From: Rhynchobatus australiae
Taxonomy: Eukaryota
Direction: 5' to 3'
NCBI GenBank assembly: GCA_034780895.1
Contig: JAUZTB010000001.1
Location: forward strand, 97,219,984 to 97,283,983
DNA: 64,000 nt
The notes beneath the pieces are model-generated. The model had not been told where the DNA came from, ran no database searches, and worked only from the letters and a program-made list of their open reading frames with translations. How positions within the stretch are numbered: the first letter of the stretch is position 1; every line of letters begins with the position of its first letter. This document shows positions 1 to 12,860 of this stretch, piece after piece. The position numbers and the translations under genes were made by a program.

Positions 1-74
1 CCTGATCCATATCCCTCCATATTCATATTCATGTGTCTATCTAAAAGACTCTTAAACACTTCTTATTAGTGCTC

Positions 75-590
75 ATTGAGAATGTAACAAGCAGGGTGGC
101 TAAAAGGGAACCAATCAGTACAGTGGATTGCATTTTCAGAAGGCATTCAGTGAGGTACCAGATGAAAAAATACTGTTCCGGAGCTCATGGAAGGAATATA
201 TTAATGTGGACATTGGAATGGCTGACTCACTGAAAGCAGAGAGTTGGGATAAATGGATTCTTTTCAAATTGTCAAACTAACTTTTGGGGTACAATGGGAA
301 TTGGTGCTGGGATCTCAACTATTTACAATCTATATGACTGACTTGGATGAAGAGCGCGTGGGTCTTTAGCTGCATTTGCTGATGATACAAAGGTGGGAAG
401 GAAAACAAGTTGTGAGGCAGATATAAAGAATTAACAGATGAAATATATAGGTTAACTGAGAGGGCAATAATTTGGCAATAACGTGGGAAAATATGAGCTT
501 ATCCACCCTGATAGGAAGAACATAAGAGTAGAATGTTGCTTAATTGTAGGGCAGCTACAGAATGCTGCAGCACAATTCTCATGAATCTTT
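75..590 (+). mobile_element. Decayed CR1-type LINE ORF2 (RT) fragment
   Basis: Remnants of DF.KAF, GS.LGP.LF.IY..DL and tttgctgatgatacaaag (FADDTK) near 375-392, with frameshifts. Confidence 0.8.
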
Positions 591-769
591 AAGCCAAAGA
601 ACTAGCATATTAAATCATTAAGTATATTGGAATCAGAGAGAAATACATCATGGAAACAGCCTCTTCAGCCTGCCATCCATGCTGACCATCAAGCACCCAT
701 TTTAACAATAACCCATTTTATTGTCTCCACAATCACACCACCTCTCCCTTGCCTCCTTCCATATCCCAG

Positions 770-970
770 AGATGTGTCAGTTGTTAGATTAATTGGCCAC
801 TACAAATTGCCCAGTTATGTGGGCTAGTGATAGAATCTGTGGGGAGTTAATGGAAGTCTGGGAGAATGAGATAGGTTGGGTGCAGGATTAGTGTAAATGA
901 TTGCCTGAAGATTAGCATAGACTTGGACTTGGTGGGCTGATGGGCCTGTTTCCGTGTTGTGCAATTCTCT
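770..970 (+). mobile_element. 3' half of an HE1/V-SINE-like SINE with CR1-type tail
   Basis: ttaattggccac..aaattgccc...ggattagtgtaaatg...ggtgggctgatgggcctgtttccgtgttgt; body resembles the SINE at 13830, tail resembles the CR1 tails in this window. Confidence 0.65.
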
Positions 971-1304
971 ATCAGAAGTCACCAGACATTCTGAGTAGAA
1001 ATTCTACTCCAGTGACTGAAAGATTTTAATCTGTGGTGGTGAAGTTCCAATGCTTTAACACTAATTATGACAACATTATTTGAAGTTGTAAGTTCATAAT
1101 ATTTAAATCAAACACACACTGGTAGAGTTTATGAAGCAAGATTTCAACTGTGTTTTGGTAAATTTGTAAATTGTCCCTCACTTTAAAGTATAATGAAAGG
1201 CCAGTCACTAAGTGATGTGAGGATGCAGGATATTCAACAAATGACAGTGATACAACTGCAAATAAACATTGTTTTCTGTTCAGATATAGTCACCTATGTG
1301 TGAT

Positions 1305-1540
1305 ATCAGGAACATAAGAATTAGGGGAGGGATTTGGCCATCCAGCCACTTGAGCTTGTATTGCTATCCAATAAGACTGTGCCTAATCTGATTGTTGTCT
1401 TTAAACCCTCTTTTCTGCCCGATCCTCTTAACCCTTAATTCCCACATTGTACAAAGCTCTATCAATCTCACTTAATTGCCCATCATCTAAAGATCTTTAA
1501 ACCTTGACGAAATTGATCCTCACCACTCTTAAATAAGCAA
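1305..1540 (-). mobile_element. CR1 3' end remnant
   Basis: gaacataagaattagg...ggccatccagccacttgagc is the reverse complement of a CR1-type tail such as 6410-6490. Confidence 0.6.
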
Positions 1541-2459
1541 TATGGGATACTTAGGGATAGATTATGTGAAGTAATATTCTATTATTTTAGATTTATTAAA
1601 ATGTGCAAGTCAATAATTGAAAATAGTATATTATGTGTCAGGTGGGAAAAATAGTAATTAATAGCAACAATTATTGATTTAATGTACAGATAAACACCAA
1701 ACAAGGTGTTTTATAAGGATGCTCGGTTGGGCATTTTTTGCATGGAAAATCTTTATCTTTCAATCTACGAGCAGTGCACTAAAATTAGCATTGCAATTTG
1801 TATGACATGCAAATGTACTTTTATTACACATTTCACCAGGCAAACTGAGAATTTTAAACTAGATAATAATTTGAACAACTGCTTTATCAAAGCCAGTGTC
1901 CAGAATTTGCTTCCTTATCTGTTAACACACTTAAGTTTATTGAACAAAAGCAGTTTTTCAAATATTCTCAGAATATATTCTGTTACCTCACTTGCATTTC
2001 ATTTAACTTTAACATCGAGAAAAGTGCTTGTAATGTAACAGAAAACAAGAATTTTATCCTGTATCAATTCCAAAGGACTTGTGTTAAACTGGCCAAAATA
2101 AATGCCAAATAAGTGAGTGATAGAAAGTATTTCAGTATATGAGATTTTTAAAAGTTAAGTTTTGCAGCATTTTTTTTAACAAGAACAAGTCCGTTTATCT
2201 CATTTATTTGGTAGAATTCCCTTGATCTCTCAATAATAAATATTGGTTGGTGCAAAGAATAATCCCAAGGGCCAAGTTACAGCAAAGCACTTTGCAAAGA
2301 GGATACCCTCCCAAATATTACTATTTTAAAAACTTAATTCGCCTAAATTAGCTTCAGTTGTTTGATATTTTCATATTTAGCTGATGTATATTTCCAGAAA
2401 CTTGTAATATTGGACAAGGCTTAAAACCACTTCAGAAAAACTTCCAGATATTAAAAAAA

Positions 2460-2575
2460 AACTACAGGTGTTATAAATCTGAAATAAAAATAATGAATGC
2501 GAGAAACACTTGATAGGTCAGGCAGCATATGTAGTAAGAATTTTTTTTTGCAGATGCTGCCTGATCTGTTGGCTG
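2460..2575. mobile_element. Short palindromic Penelope-end insertion
   Basis: aaatctgaaataaaa...aggtcaggcagcatatg followed by the inverted arm cagatgctgcctgatct. Confidence 0.6.
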
Positions 2576-4387
2576 CTGTTACTATTAACAGCTGTGAGAT
2601 TCCCAGACCACCACTCACCCAATAGACTCACTTCATGTTTGGTGTTCTTCGTTCTTGTGATAAATCCCTTTCTTCACATGTCACAGACTGACCATGCAGA
2701 CAAGCAAACACACATACGTACACACACCTACCTATTACATCATGTATAAAGAAACCACACATTGCACACAGGGCTATTCGTATCAGCTCTCCAAACAATG
2801 AAGAAATTCTTTCCCCTGTCAATGAGTTCATGACTATTTTTTTCTCATTTTGACGATGAATGAGTGGAAAATTCCAATTATAGTTTTTACAACAAGGGAT
2901 TTTGAACAGCTTGCTTTGTTTGTAAATGTTCCTAAAGTTATACAAATATGTTTAGTGACATTTATTTGATACATAAAATTAAATTGCTCCTTAATATGAT
3001 GGAGAAAGCCTGCTTATTTAATGTATATAATTTTGGCCCAAGGGACATGTTCACAATTAACAAAATAAAGCCCTTTTTAACTACATTATAGTATTTTTTG
3101 AGACAAATAAGGTGGATTTATTTCAAAAATACTATTTGGGCAATATATTTACATTGCACCAGATGCATCATTTCCCAGTTAAAACTTGTGGGTTTAATTG
3201 AAACAAGTTACAAAGGACAAACAGAATATTCCACTCCTCACCCAACTGCCCGACCTTATGCAAGAGATCCAATGAGAAAGTGCATTGATTTTGTTTTAAC
3301 GATTCAGAAAGAGTGAAAACCCATCTGATTAATAATGGAATTAAAAGTTAGGTTGCTGTGGATGTAAGCATTCCAGTTGCTGTGGCTGGACAAAACAAAC
3401 CTATGTTGCAGTTCTCTGCAACAAAGCAGAAAAGAGTTAGTTAGGGCATATGTTTTGGCAACCGAGTATTTTTCTGATCTTCTCTGTGATTCATGGTGTT
3501 ACGAATGCTAAATTTCAATTTGATGTAGATTGTTATGTGGAAGAAGCAGGCTTGATGTTGCTGAAAGAACATCCTTCATTCCAACTTTTCTCAATTCCTT
3601 TTACCTATTGTCACTGGCTGTACTGCCACATCTCATTCATTGCCACAATTTACAGCCATTTCACATCTATCTTACAAAGGATTTCCCTTGAAGTAATTTA
3701 TGTGTTTATCCAAAATGTACTTTATCCAGCCAGGAAAATTATCATTTCAGATTGAAGTCATGTCATGCTTCCTAACTCCAATTAAAATCCCCTGTGTAGC
3801 AAACACAATATTAACAGATATCTCTCCGGAGTGTCCGAACTCGATCACTTGAATGGAAGTAGTTTCTTAAACAGAAGCCCCAAAGCACTTTTAATTGTAA
3901 TTTCTCTTTCTCTTCCATACTCCAGTGTGTTTCTTTCAGGGGGTGAACCATCGTGATTTCAGTGTTGATGTTACATTATTCTGGGAAACTGCACATCCAC
4001 TTTGCAAACTTTGGAAAATGTCATTAAAACAAGAATCAGAAAGGTTTCAGAATGCATTTACAATGGGCAGCCACATGTGTGTGCTCTGTATTTTGGAGGA
4101 AAATGAGCAGGAGCTTGTTATTAAAGTTGGGAGAATCATTAGGAAAATGCCAGGTCCTCAAGTCAATTGCAACAAGCGACACAGTGGTTATTGTCCTTTT
4201 TATTCAGTTGTAGGACATGGGCAATTCCATCATTTATTTCCTCTCCCTAATTGACCTTGGGAAAGTGGCAGATCTGCCAGCAAAACATAAATAAGACTGA
4301 GCCACTTCAAAGCCAACAAAAGTCCTTGGATAAACAAGAGTGGGGTGTGATCAGATGGAGAAGAGCGGATAAGTGCCCACTTTATTA

Positions 4388-4535
4388 CATAGAACATAGA
4401 GCAGTACAGCAAAGAAACTCATCTTTTGGCCCACCATGTCTGTGCTGACCATGATAAAAAAAATCCCATCTGCCTGCACGTGGTCTGTATCCTCTCTTCC
4501 CTGCCTGTTCATGTGTCTGTCTAAATGGCTGTCAA
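4388..4535 (-). mobile_element. CR1 3' tail remnant
   Basis: catagaacatagagcagtacagc...ttggcccaccatgtctgtgctgacc, a reversed CR1-type tail. Confidence 0.6.
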
Positions 4536-5036
4536 GCATTCCTGCAGTTGAGTGTTGAACAGATGTTATTTGCCTTATTTGTGTATGCAAAAAAATTGAT
4601 TGCCTGTTTTAGGTGAATGTGCTAAATGCCATGCATTGGCCTTTATCAATGTGGTGGATGGTGCAAACCTGACTCATAATAATTACACACTTTTGCCTGT
4701 CATATTAGTACATTGGAAAGTCAATCAATTACCCAAAAAATGGGTGCTGTCAATAAATTTCTGCTTGCATGTTTCAAATTGCACATAATTTTATTTTGAG
4801 TTGGCCTGCTATCTTAAATGACTTATTGAGATTAGAGTTTAGATTCAGCCTCACAGCTTTCTGAGTGAAACTATATATAAGTTTCCATAAACGTTTGTGT
4901 TGTAGCTTAGTTTTTTTATTTGTGTTTTCAGCTACTACGTTTGTGAAATGTTCATGTTAAAGCAATGCATCTTTCTTATAGGTTGGACACTCTAAATCCA
5001 GTGTGTCATAAATAATTACTTACTTTATTGTTATAG

Positions 5037-5187
5037 AGATGCTGAAGTGTCAACAATTTGGGAATCATTGGAAGAACCTTGTATCCAAGATGCTGAAAAA
5101 TTTGAAGAACTCTTCTCTAAAGCAGCAATAAAGGAAAGAAAGAAGCCTTTATCAGACACCTATCAAAAGACAAACAAAACAAAAAAG
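5037..5187 (+). CDS. FMN1: Formin-1-like internal coding exon 1 of 7 in window (FH2 lasso/linker region)
   Basis: Acceptor tttattgttatag ends at 5036, donor AAG|gttaga. 151 nt; after 1 nt reads [50 protein letters not shown], the W..LEEP...FE.LFSK pattern of FMN1/FMN2 FH2. Joins in phase 0 to the next exon. Confidence 0.93.
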
Positions 5188-5611
5188 GTTAGATAACTCT
5201 TCATAGTATAGAATGGGTTCTTTAACATCCTTAACAGCAAGTACAGATCTAGATGATAATCAACTTTTTAAATTATAACGAAAATATTTTAGGATTGCAG
5301 TGGCATGAAACTATTTAGAATCCCATTAATTTCACTTTTTGAGTTAACATATCTCCATGCTCATTTTTCATAATGTTATTCCACTTCATGAATTTTTCAT
5401 CTTTAAATTTATATTTCTAGTTGAAACTTCATGTTCTTTCAGGAAGTTATGCCACTGGATATAAATGAAACATTCTGTCACTTTGGACTTGCTGCCAAGT
5501 GAGAACATATCAGAAATTAAACACAGGCAAGAAAAGTCATTCACTGTGCTTAAACAAGGCATCCTAACCCCAGTCTCCAAACAGTAGCCTCAACAATGAA
5601 AATTAGCCTTA

Positions 5612-6580
5612 AATGTAACAGATAATGCAGAAAATACTCAGCAAATTAAGCAGCATCTGTTGAGAGAGATACTTTCTTCTCTGGAGACTAAAAGAATGAG
5701 GGATGACCTTATTCAAACATAAGATCCTAAGGGTGTTTGACAGGGTAGATGTTGAGCTAAAATAAGAGCAAACGGGAGGGCATGCAAAGAAGCANNNNNN
5801 NNNNNNNNNNNNNNNNNNNNNNNNNNNNNNNNNNNNNNNNNNNNNNNNNNNNNNNNNNNNNNNNNNNNNNNNNNNNNNNNNNNNNNNNNNNNNNAATCTT
5901 AGAATTAGAGGGTACTGGTTTAAAACAGAGATGAGGAGAAATTTCTTTAGCCAGAGGGTAGTGAATTTATGAAATTCATTGCCATGTATTAGCAGTGGAG
6001 GCCCGATCATTGGAGGCGTTTAAGGAGGAGATAGATAGATATCTAGTTAGTCAAGGTATCAAGGGATATGGGGATAAGGCGGGAAATTGGAGCTAGAAAG
6101 GAATAGTTTTTTTTATCTTTAGCTCATGGAGCAGACTCGATGGGCTGAATGGCCTACTTCTGCTCCCTTGTCTTGTCATTTTGTGATGTGTTTTCACTAG
6201 TGGGAGAGTCACAAACAAGGAGACAAAATTACAAGTCAAGAGGCTGGTGCGTAGAAATTTCATCTCCCATAGTGAATCTCTGGAATTCTCTGGCCCCAAC
6301 AGTGCTTGAGTCTGGATCGAGATATATTTAAGGTAGAAATAAAATGTTTGAAAGATTGAGGAATGAAAGATGATGGAGAATTGGCACAGAAGAGGAGTTG
6401 GGGCCAGCATAGATCAGCCATGATCATGTTGAATGACAGAGTAGTCTTGAGAGGCCTGGTGGCCAACTCCTACTCCTGCTTTCTTATCTTAGCCTGAGGT
6501 AATGTTTCAGGGTGATGACTTTACATGAAAAGTTTGACCTACTCACATCATTTTCCTGCTCTTTCCAGTGATTTGCAACC
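5612..6580. mobile_element. Nested cluster: Penelope-end element split by an older CR1 3' end (about 5675-6490), itself split by a younger CR1 3' end (about 5757-6185)
   Basis: gacagggtagatgttgag (to 5756) resumes as atgtgttttcactagtgggagagtc (6186). Two separate CR1 tails (gggctgaatggcctacttctgctcc near 6142; ggccaactcctactcctgct near 6461). The Penelope end cagcatctgttgagagaga (5651) resumes as aatgtttcagg (6501). Confidence 0.7.
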
Positions 6581-6889
6581 TATCATCTCTAGCGAGAGTT
6601 AAATAGTTAAATTCATTCTCAAAAAGACATGCAGAGAAAAACTGTCAGCATATTAATCTGTGTTGGATGCAATCTTAGACTCTCTCCTAACCTCTGAATA
6701 TGCTGAACATTCTTTCTAAAGTTGAACAATTGAAAATCAAGTACATCTGATAATTTCTAGAATAAGTATGGCTATAAATGTAGATAACAGATACAGATAT
6801 ATTTGCTTCTGCTGATTATATGAACCTTTCAATACATAATTCAATAAAGAGCCTTCACTTCAATTTCCAGCATCTTCAAAAAAGAAGCC

Positions 6890-7022
6890 AGATCTGATGA
6901 AACTTCATTGACTTGAAGTGCTAATAGTGCTTCTCTTTCCACAGATGCTGCCTGATGTACTGAGTATTTCCAGCAATTTTTGTTTTTATTTCAGATTTCC
7001 AGTGCCTGCAGTTTTTGGCTTT
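6890..7022 (+). mobile_element. Penelope 3'-end (pLTR) fragment with decayed hammerhead core
   Basis: ctgatga at 6894-6900, then ttctctttccacagatgctgcctgatgtactgagtatttccagc...atttcagatttccag. Confidence 0.7.
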
Positions 7023-9243
7023 TCAAGAATCTTTACTTAATTGATGTATTGACAGATAACCATCTTGTATCCTCCAGAAATGACTTGGAAAGTCTGTTGC
7101 AACTGCAGATTTTTATTGAGTAATATGCCAACAAAAAAAGTAATAAAACTTAAAACAATCTAAAATTACAAAATAATAACATCTGCACTTTTAATAACAT
7201 TGTGATGTTGGAATATGAAGAGCAATATTACACTGCACGTGGAATTTCACTCCATAAATCCAAAGCTACATTTCATATTCAACAGATGAAACCAATCCAT
7301 TGCATTAGGTTTTAAATTGGATCAAGATGAATCTTATTGTCTCATCTTGGATTGTGATAATGTAACTGAATAAGTTTACTTTTAATCTGTATTAGCTTGT
7401 TGTGGGTGGAAACTGCATGAAAGTGGCAGAGCAGGGAGAAATACAGTGGATAGGAATTTTAGCCCTCTGACCCACAGTTGATCCTGATTTTAGGGCAAGA
7501 GTCATGCCTGTTCTTTAAATCTTTGGGACTGACATCTGTATCTCCAATGAACACAGTGGCCAATGAAGGAGATACAGCTTGGATGGCAGCTATCTGTAGT
7601 GATCCAAAGAAAGAGGGACCAGCAAAAGTTCAGTGATTGTGTTAAATGATTTCTCTGGGATTGGCTAACCTCGATTTCTGTTTTTTCTGCTATATTCATT
7701 AAAATCGACAATAGAATCAATCCTTATTAAACAGAATTTTGCAACTAAGAAATACATTTTAAAGTCTTTCATTTTTATTCTATCGGGCGCCTATTTGCTT
7801 CACACAAGATCACCCATGAGGAGATTTTCTGATTTGTCCTATCCTATGTTAGAAATTCTCAGGAGCAGATGTGAAAATCCCAGTGAAGATACTCCTGGAT
7901 GCAGTTATTGTGGAAGAGAAGAAGTAACACAGGAAATTCTTAGAGCATTTATTAAGTGAGACATCACAGCACATGCATCACTTAAGTCATTGCTTTGACG
8001 GAACACATCTACCTGTGATACCACAGCCCCAAATTCTCTTCCCCCTTCTTATAACATAGACACTTCTTCAAGTTCCCAACCTTCTCCCAGAAAACCAGAC
8101 AACTTTCTTTCCTCTCCATAATTATACGATTATCATCACTTGAATGTATTAGAACCATTTCAGTGCGCACTTCATTTACTCATTCTAATCTTCTGCAAAA
8201 AAAACCCAGCATGTCATGGTTCTGACTACTGGCCCTCGATTTGGCTCCTTAGATGCCTTGTTGTACAGTACATAGATTCCATGCTGGACTGATTGCATAA
8301 TGACACTCACCTGAGCCCCATCAGGGGCCTAGCATAAATACCTGGGTTTCTNNNNNNNNNNNNNNNNNNNNNNNNNNNNNNNNNNNNNNNNNNNNNNNNN
8401 NNNNNNNNNNNNNNNNNNNNNNNNNNNNNNNNACAGAGAAAGAGAGTTAGTGGTTAAGGTTGCTGACCCTTCTTTAGATCTTTCTTAACATTACTCTACC
8501 CCTTGTTGTCAAATAACCAAATGTTATGCTTTCCTAGCCATAATTTCATGAGACTATTAGTTCCTCATGCTTTATATAATATAATTTGTGAGACTTGCAT
8601 GGCTCCCAAGTCATTTGCTCCAGGAAAGGAATCAATACTGGTTGCATATCTTATGTCTGCTACTATACAGCCAGGTTCATCTCCCTTATTCTGCTTCTGT
8701 GGTGGTCTGATGGGAGCCTCCTGCATAAGTTTGTTCTCCTCCTCTGGCCAAGGTTCTACTTCCTCCTGTGCCAAACACTTGCCTTTGCTACAGGAATCAT
8801 GGGGAGAAGGTAAAGGTAGCTAAGCATCACCCTGTTGGAATTGAGTGAGAATAGTGGGGAAGGAAAGATTCTTCTGTGTGATTCCATTGCTATTGCTAAG
8901 ACACTAATCGGCTTCTGACAAGATGCCCACAGTCTAGCCACCTCCCATGCAGGAGCTAAGTAAGAAATTTGAGCATTAACATTAGCCTTAACATTAAAGT
9001 ATGTAAGGAGTTAAACATATACAGTCATAGAGTAATACAGCACTGTCTACGATACCACCTATTTTAGTGTCATCTGCAAACTTACTAAGCCTTGTGCAAC
9101 TAACAAAGCCTCTCAAGTGCTAAGTGTGCCTCTCATCAAAATTGTTTATATATATGATGAAAACAATGAGCCCAGCAGCGATCCCTGTGGCATACCACAA
9201 GACACAAGCCTCCAATCCCACAAACAACCTTCCACCATCAACC

Positions 9244-10231
9244 TCAGCCCTCTACTCTACTTCCTATATACTGCTGACTGAGTGTCCAGATTCTGCTCTA
9301 ACTCCATCTACAAGTTTGCAGATGATACCTCCGTAGTGGGCCAAATCTCAATTAATGATGAGTCAGAGTACAGGAAGAAGATAGAGAGCTTAGTGACATG
9401 GTGTCATGACGACAACCTTTCCCTCAATGTCAGCAAGATAAAAGAGCTGGTCATTGACTTCAGGAAAGGGGGCGGTGCTGAGGTCGGGAGGGTTGAGAGC
9501 TTCAAGTTCTGAGGAGTGAACATCACCAATGACGTGTCCTGGTCCAACCATGAAGATGCCNNNNNNNNNNNNNNNNNNNNNNNNNNNNNNNNNNNNNNNN
9601 NNNNNNNNNNNNNNNNNNNNNNNNNNNNNNNNNNNNNNNNNNNNNNNNNNNNNNNNNNNNNNNNNNNNNNNNNNNNNNNNNNNNNNNNNNNNNNNNNNNN
9701 NNNNNNNNNNNNNNNNNNNNNNNNNNNNNNNNNNNNNNNNNNNNNNNNNNNNNNNNNNNNNNNNNNNNNNNNNNNNNNNNNNNNNNNNNNNNNNNNNNNN
9801 NNNNNNNNNNNNNNNNNNNNNNNNNNNNNNNNNNNNNNNNNNNNNNNNNNNNNNNNNNNNNNNNNNNNNNNNNNNNNNNNNNNNNNNNNNNNNNNNNNNN
9901 NNNNNNNNNNNNNNNNNNNNNNNNNNNNNNNNNNNNNNNNNNNNNNNNNNNNNNNNNNNNNNNNNNNNNNNNNNNNNNNNNNNNNNNNNNNNNNNNNNNN
10001 NNNNNNNNNNNNNNNNNNNNNNNCCTCACAATCTACCTTGTTTGACTTTGCACCTTATTGTTTACCTGCAATGCACTTCCCTGTAACTGTGACACTACTC
10101 GGTATTATGTTATTGTTTTTATCCTGTACTACCTCAATGCACTGTGTAATGCATTGTTCTGTATGAACAGTGTGCAAGACAAGTTTTTCACTATACCTTG
10201 GAACAAGAGACAATAATAAACCAATACCAAT
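9244..10231 (+). mobile_element. 5'-truncated Rex1/Babar-type LINE (partly N)
   Basis: ORF 9282..9512 IYKFADDTSVVGQISINDESEYRKKIESLVTWCHDDNLSLNVSKIKELVIDFRK; 3' end aataaaccaataccaata near 10215-10232. Confidence 0.82.
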
Positions 10232-10789
10232 AACATCAAGCCAAGTATGTATCCATGTATCCACTAGCTAGCTCTCCCTGGATCCCATGTGATCTAACCT
10301 TCCAGAGAAGCCTTCCATGCGGGATTTTGTCAAAGGCCTTACTAAAGTCCACATAGGCAATATCCACAGCCTTGTCCTCATCAGTCCTCTTGGTTACCCC
10401 TTTGGAAAAACTTGAACAGATTTCTGAGACACAATTTCCCTGGCAGAAAGCCGTGCTAATGATCCCTAATCAGTCCTTGTCTATCCAAGTGCTGATTGAT
10501 CCTGTACCTCAGATTCCCCTCCAGTAACTTACCCACCTCTGATGTCAGGCTCACTAGCTTGTAGTTCCCTGACTTGTTTTTGCTGTCCTTCTGAAATAAT
10601 GGTACAAGTTTAGACACTCTCCAGTCTTCCACAACTTCATTACTGACTATAGGTAATGCAAATATCTGCAAAAGCCTCTGCAATTTCTTCCCTCTCTCCC
10701 CACAAAGTCCGGGGATGCACTTGGTCAGACCCTGGGGATTTATCCACCTTAATGTGCTTTAACACTGCCAATACCTCGTCTTTGGAAAT

Positions 10790-11715
10790 TTGTAAATTGA
10801 TAAATTAGTTTATTATTGTCACATGAAACGAGGTACAGTGAAAGAATTGACTTGCATACCATCCATACAGATCATTTCATTACAACAGTGCATTGAGGTA
10901 GTACAAGGTAAAACAGTAAAAGAAAGCAAAATAAACAGTTACAGTTACAGAGAAAGTGCAGAGCAGATAGACAATAAGGTGCAAGGCCATAAACAAGGTA
11001 GTTTGTGAGGTCAAGCATCAATCTTATCGTACTAGGGGACCATTCAGTAGTCTTATAACAGCGGGATAAAAACTGTCCTTGACCCTGGTGGTACGTGCTT
11101 TCAGGCTTTTGTATCTTCTGCCTGATGGNNNNNNNNNNNNNNNNNNNNNNNNNNNNNNNNNNNNNNNNNNNNNNNNNNNNNNNNNNNNNNNNNNNNNNNN
11201 NNNNNNNNNNNNNNNNNNNNNNNNNNNNNNNNNNNNNNNNNNNNNNNNNNNNNNNNNNNNNNNNNNNNNNNNNNNNNNNNNNNNNNNNNNNNNNNNNNNN
11301 NNNNNNNNNNNNNNNNNNNNNNNNNNNNNNNNNNNNNNNNNNNNNNNNNNNNNNNNNNNNNCTATGGTGCATTGATAAAAATTGGTGAGTGTCAAAGGGG
11401 ACATGTCAAATTTCTTTAGCCTCCTGAGGAAGTAGAGGTGCTGGTGAGCTTTCTAGTGGTTGGACCAGGACAGGCTATTGGTGATGTTCACTCCTAGGAA
11501 CTAGAAGCTTTCAACCCTCTTCACCTTACATCATTGAGGTAGATAGAAATATGTGCACTGCCCTCCTTCCTGAAGTCAATGACCAGCTCTTTTGTTTTGC
11601 TGACATTGAGGGAAAAGTTGTTGTCATGACACTATGTCACAAATCTCTCTATCTCCTTGTACACCAGCGCTATTTGAAATTTGGCCCACTTTGGTGGTAT
11701 CATCTGCAATCTTGC
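10790..11715 (-). mobile_element. Second Rex1/Babar-type LINE, opposite orientation (partly N)
   Basis: ORF 11024..11404(-) TLTNFYQCTI...PSGRRYKSLKARTTRVKDSFYPAVIRLLN; its 3' UTR (10810-11010) is homologous to the reverse complement of 10025-10220. Confidence 0.82.
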
Positions 11716-12860
11716 AGATGGATTTGTTTATGGTCCAAGGCATCACAACTCATTTGCCTCAATTCCTTAGCTCCCATGATATTTGCTGCAGTAAATCTGA
11801 TGGGAAATAGTCATTAAAAGTCTCACCCATCTCCTGTGGCTCCCCACATAGACTTCCATGCTGGTCTTTAAGAGTCCTATTCTGTTTCTTCCTGTAAGTT
11901 TATATTTCTAACAGAATAGAGTCTAAATAGTTTCACCAAATTTAGGTTAATGAATGAATTGGCAAACTTGGATAATGTTCTTGTGTGGGCCTCTTCCAAA
12001 TATGATTAAAAGCATTTGCAAAAATCAATTTGTGCCACATTGTGTCATAATGCTGAAGCATTAAAGAATTTTGAGGATATCATTAGCTTTGTAAGGCCAT
12101 CTGATTTTATTTTCTCCTTTTAAAATCATTTTTTCTATTAATTTTACTGTTAACAGACATTACCAGCAATGTAAATGTGCTTACATAGCCTGCGACATTT
12201 TGGGAGCAATCCAAACTTCTAACTAATATTTCAGCAGTGATTAGATGCTGTCTTTCATTGCTACTTCTGTAGTTTATAGAATAGTGTCCTTTCTGAAGGA
12301 CATGATTCTTATCTCTGCCAGCCTCATGGTGCCAGTGCACTCCCACACCAACTTGACTGGATCGATCTTGGTGGCCTCTTTATAAACGAGTTCCAAAAGC
12401 CCCACTAGTTACTTTAATTCAATGCATTTGAATTATGTTATTATGTTATCAGATTGATGCAAACTTTGAATCATGCTGATTCTACTTAAAGTTAATATGA
12501 GATGCATGTAAAGACATAGCTAGCTAGGCTTGTTTTATTATGATATCACATCTTTCTAAAACATTGAACAGACTGGAATCCTGATCTATGTAATTTGTAG
12601 TGCAAATTGATGATAGTGCATTGAGAGAAACAAGACATCTGGCGCCTGAGTAAACAGTGCAAAGACATTTAAGAACCATTTAAGGATTGGGAAATAAATG
12701 CAGGAAAGATTGAAACAGAGAGTGAATTAAAGGGACAAATTCAATATCTAATCAGGTGGAGAGAAAGAAAAAAGATTGACTAAAAGAATGAATGGAAATG
12801 CAACAAAACTTAAAGTTTAATTTTTTAAAAATTCTCTCTGGAAAGTTTGATACTGGAAGG

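Larger units (their letters stand above)
9020..11885 (-). mobile_element. CR1 LINE ORF2 remnant in three pieces (about 9020-9243, 10232-10790, 11715-11885) hosting two Rex1/Babar insertions
   Basis: ORF 10456..10683(-) has EDWRVSKLVPLFQKDSKNKSGNYKLVSLTSEVGKLLE; gtgtcatctgcaaact at 9067 is reversed KFADDT. The pieces are collinear with the CR1 at 47115-49230. Confidence 0.8.

Noticed and set aside
3901-4254. Strong polypyrimidine/AG acceptor followed by a 109-codon ORF as an extra formin exon
   Set aside because: The peptide has no formin similarity, I saw no convincing donor, and the exon expected upstream should carry FH1 polyproline and the first lasso Trp.
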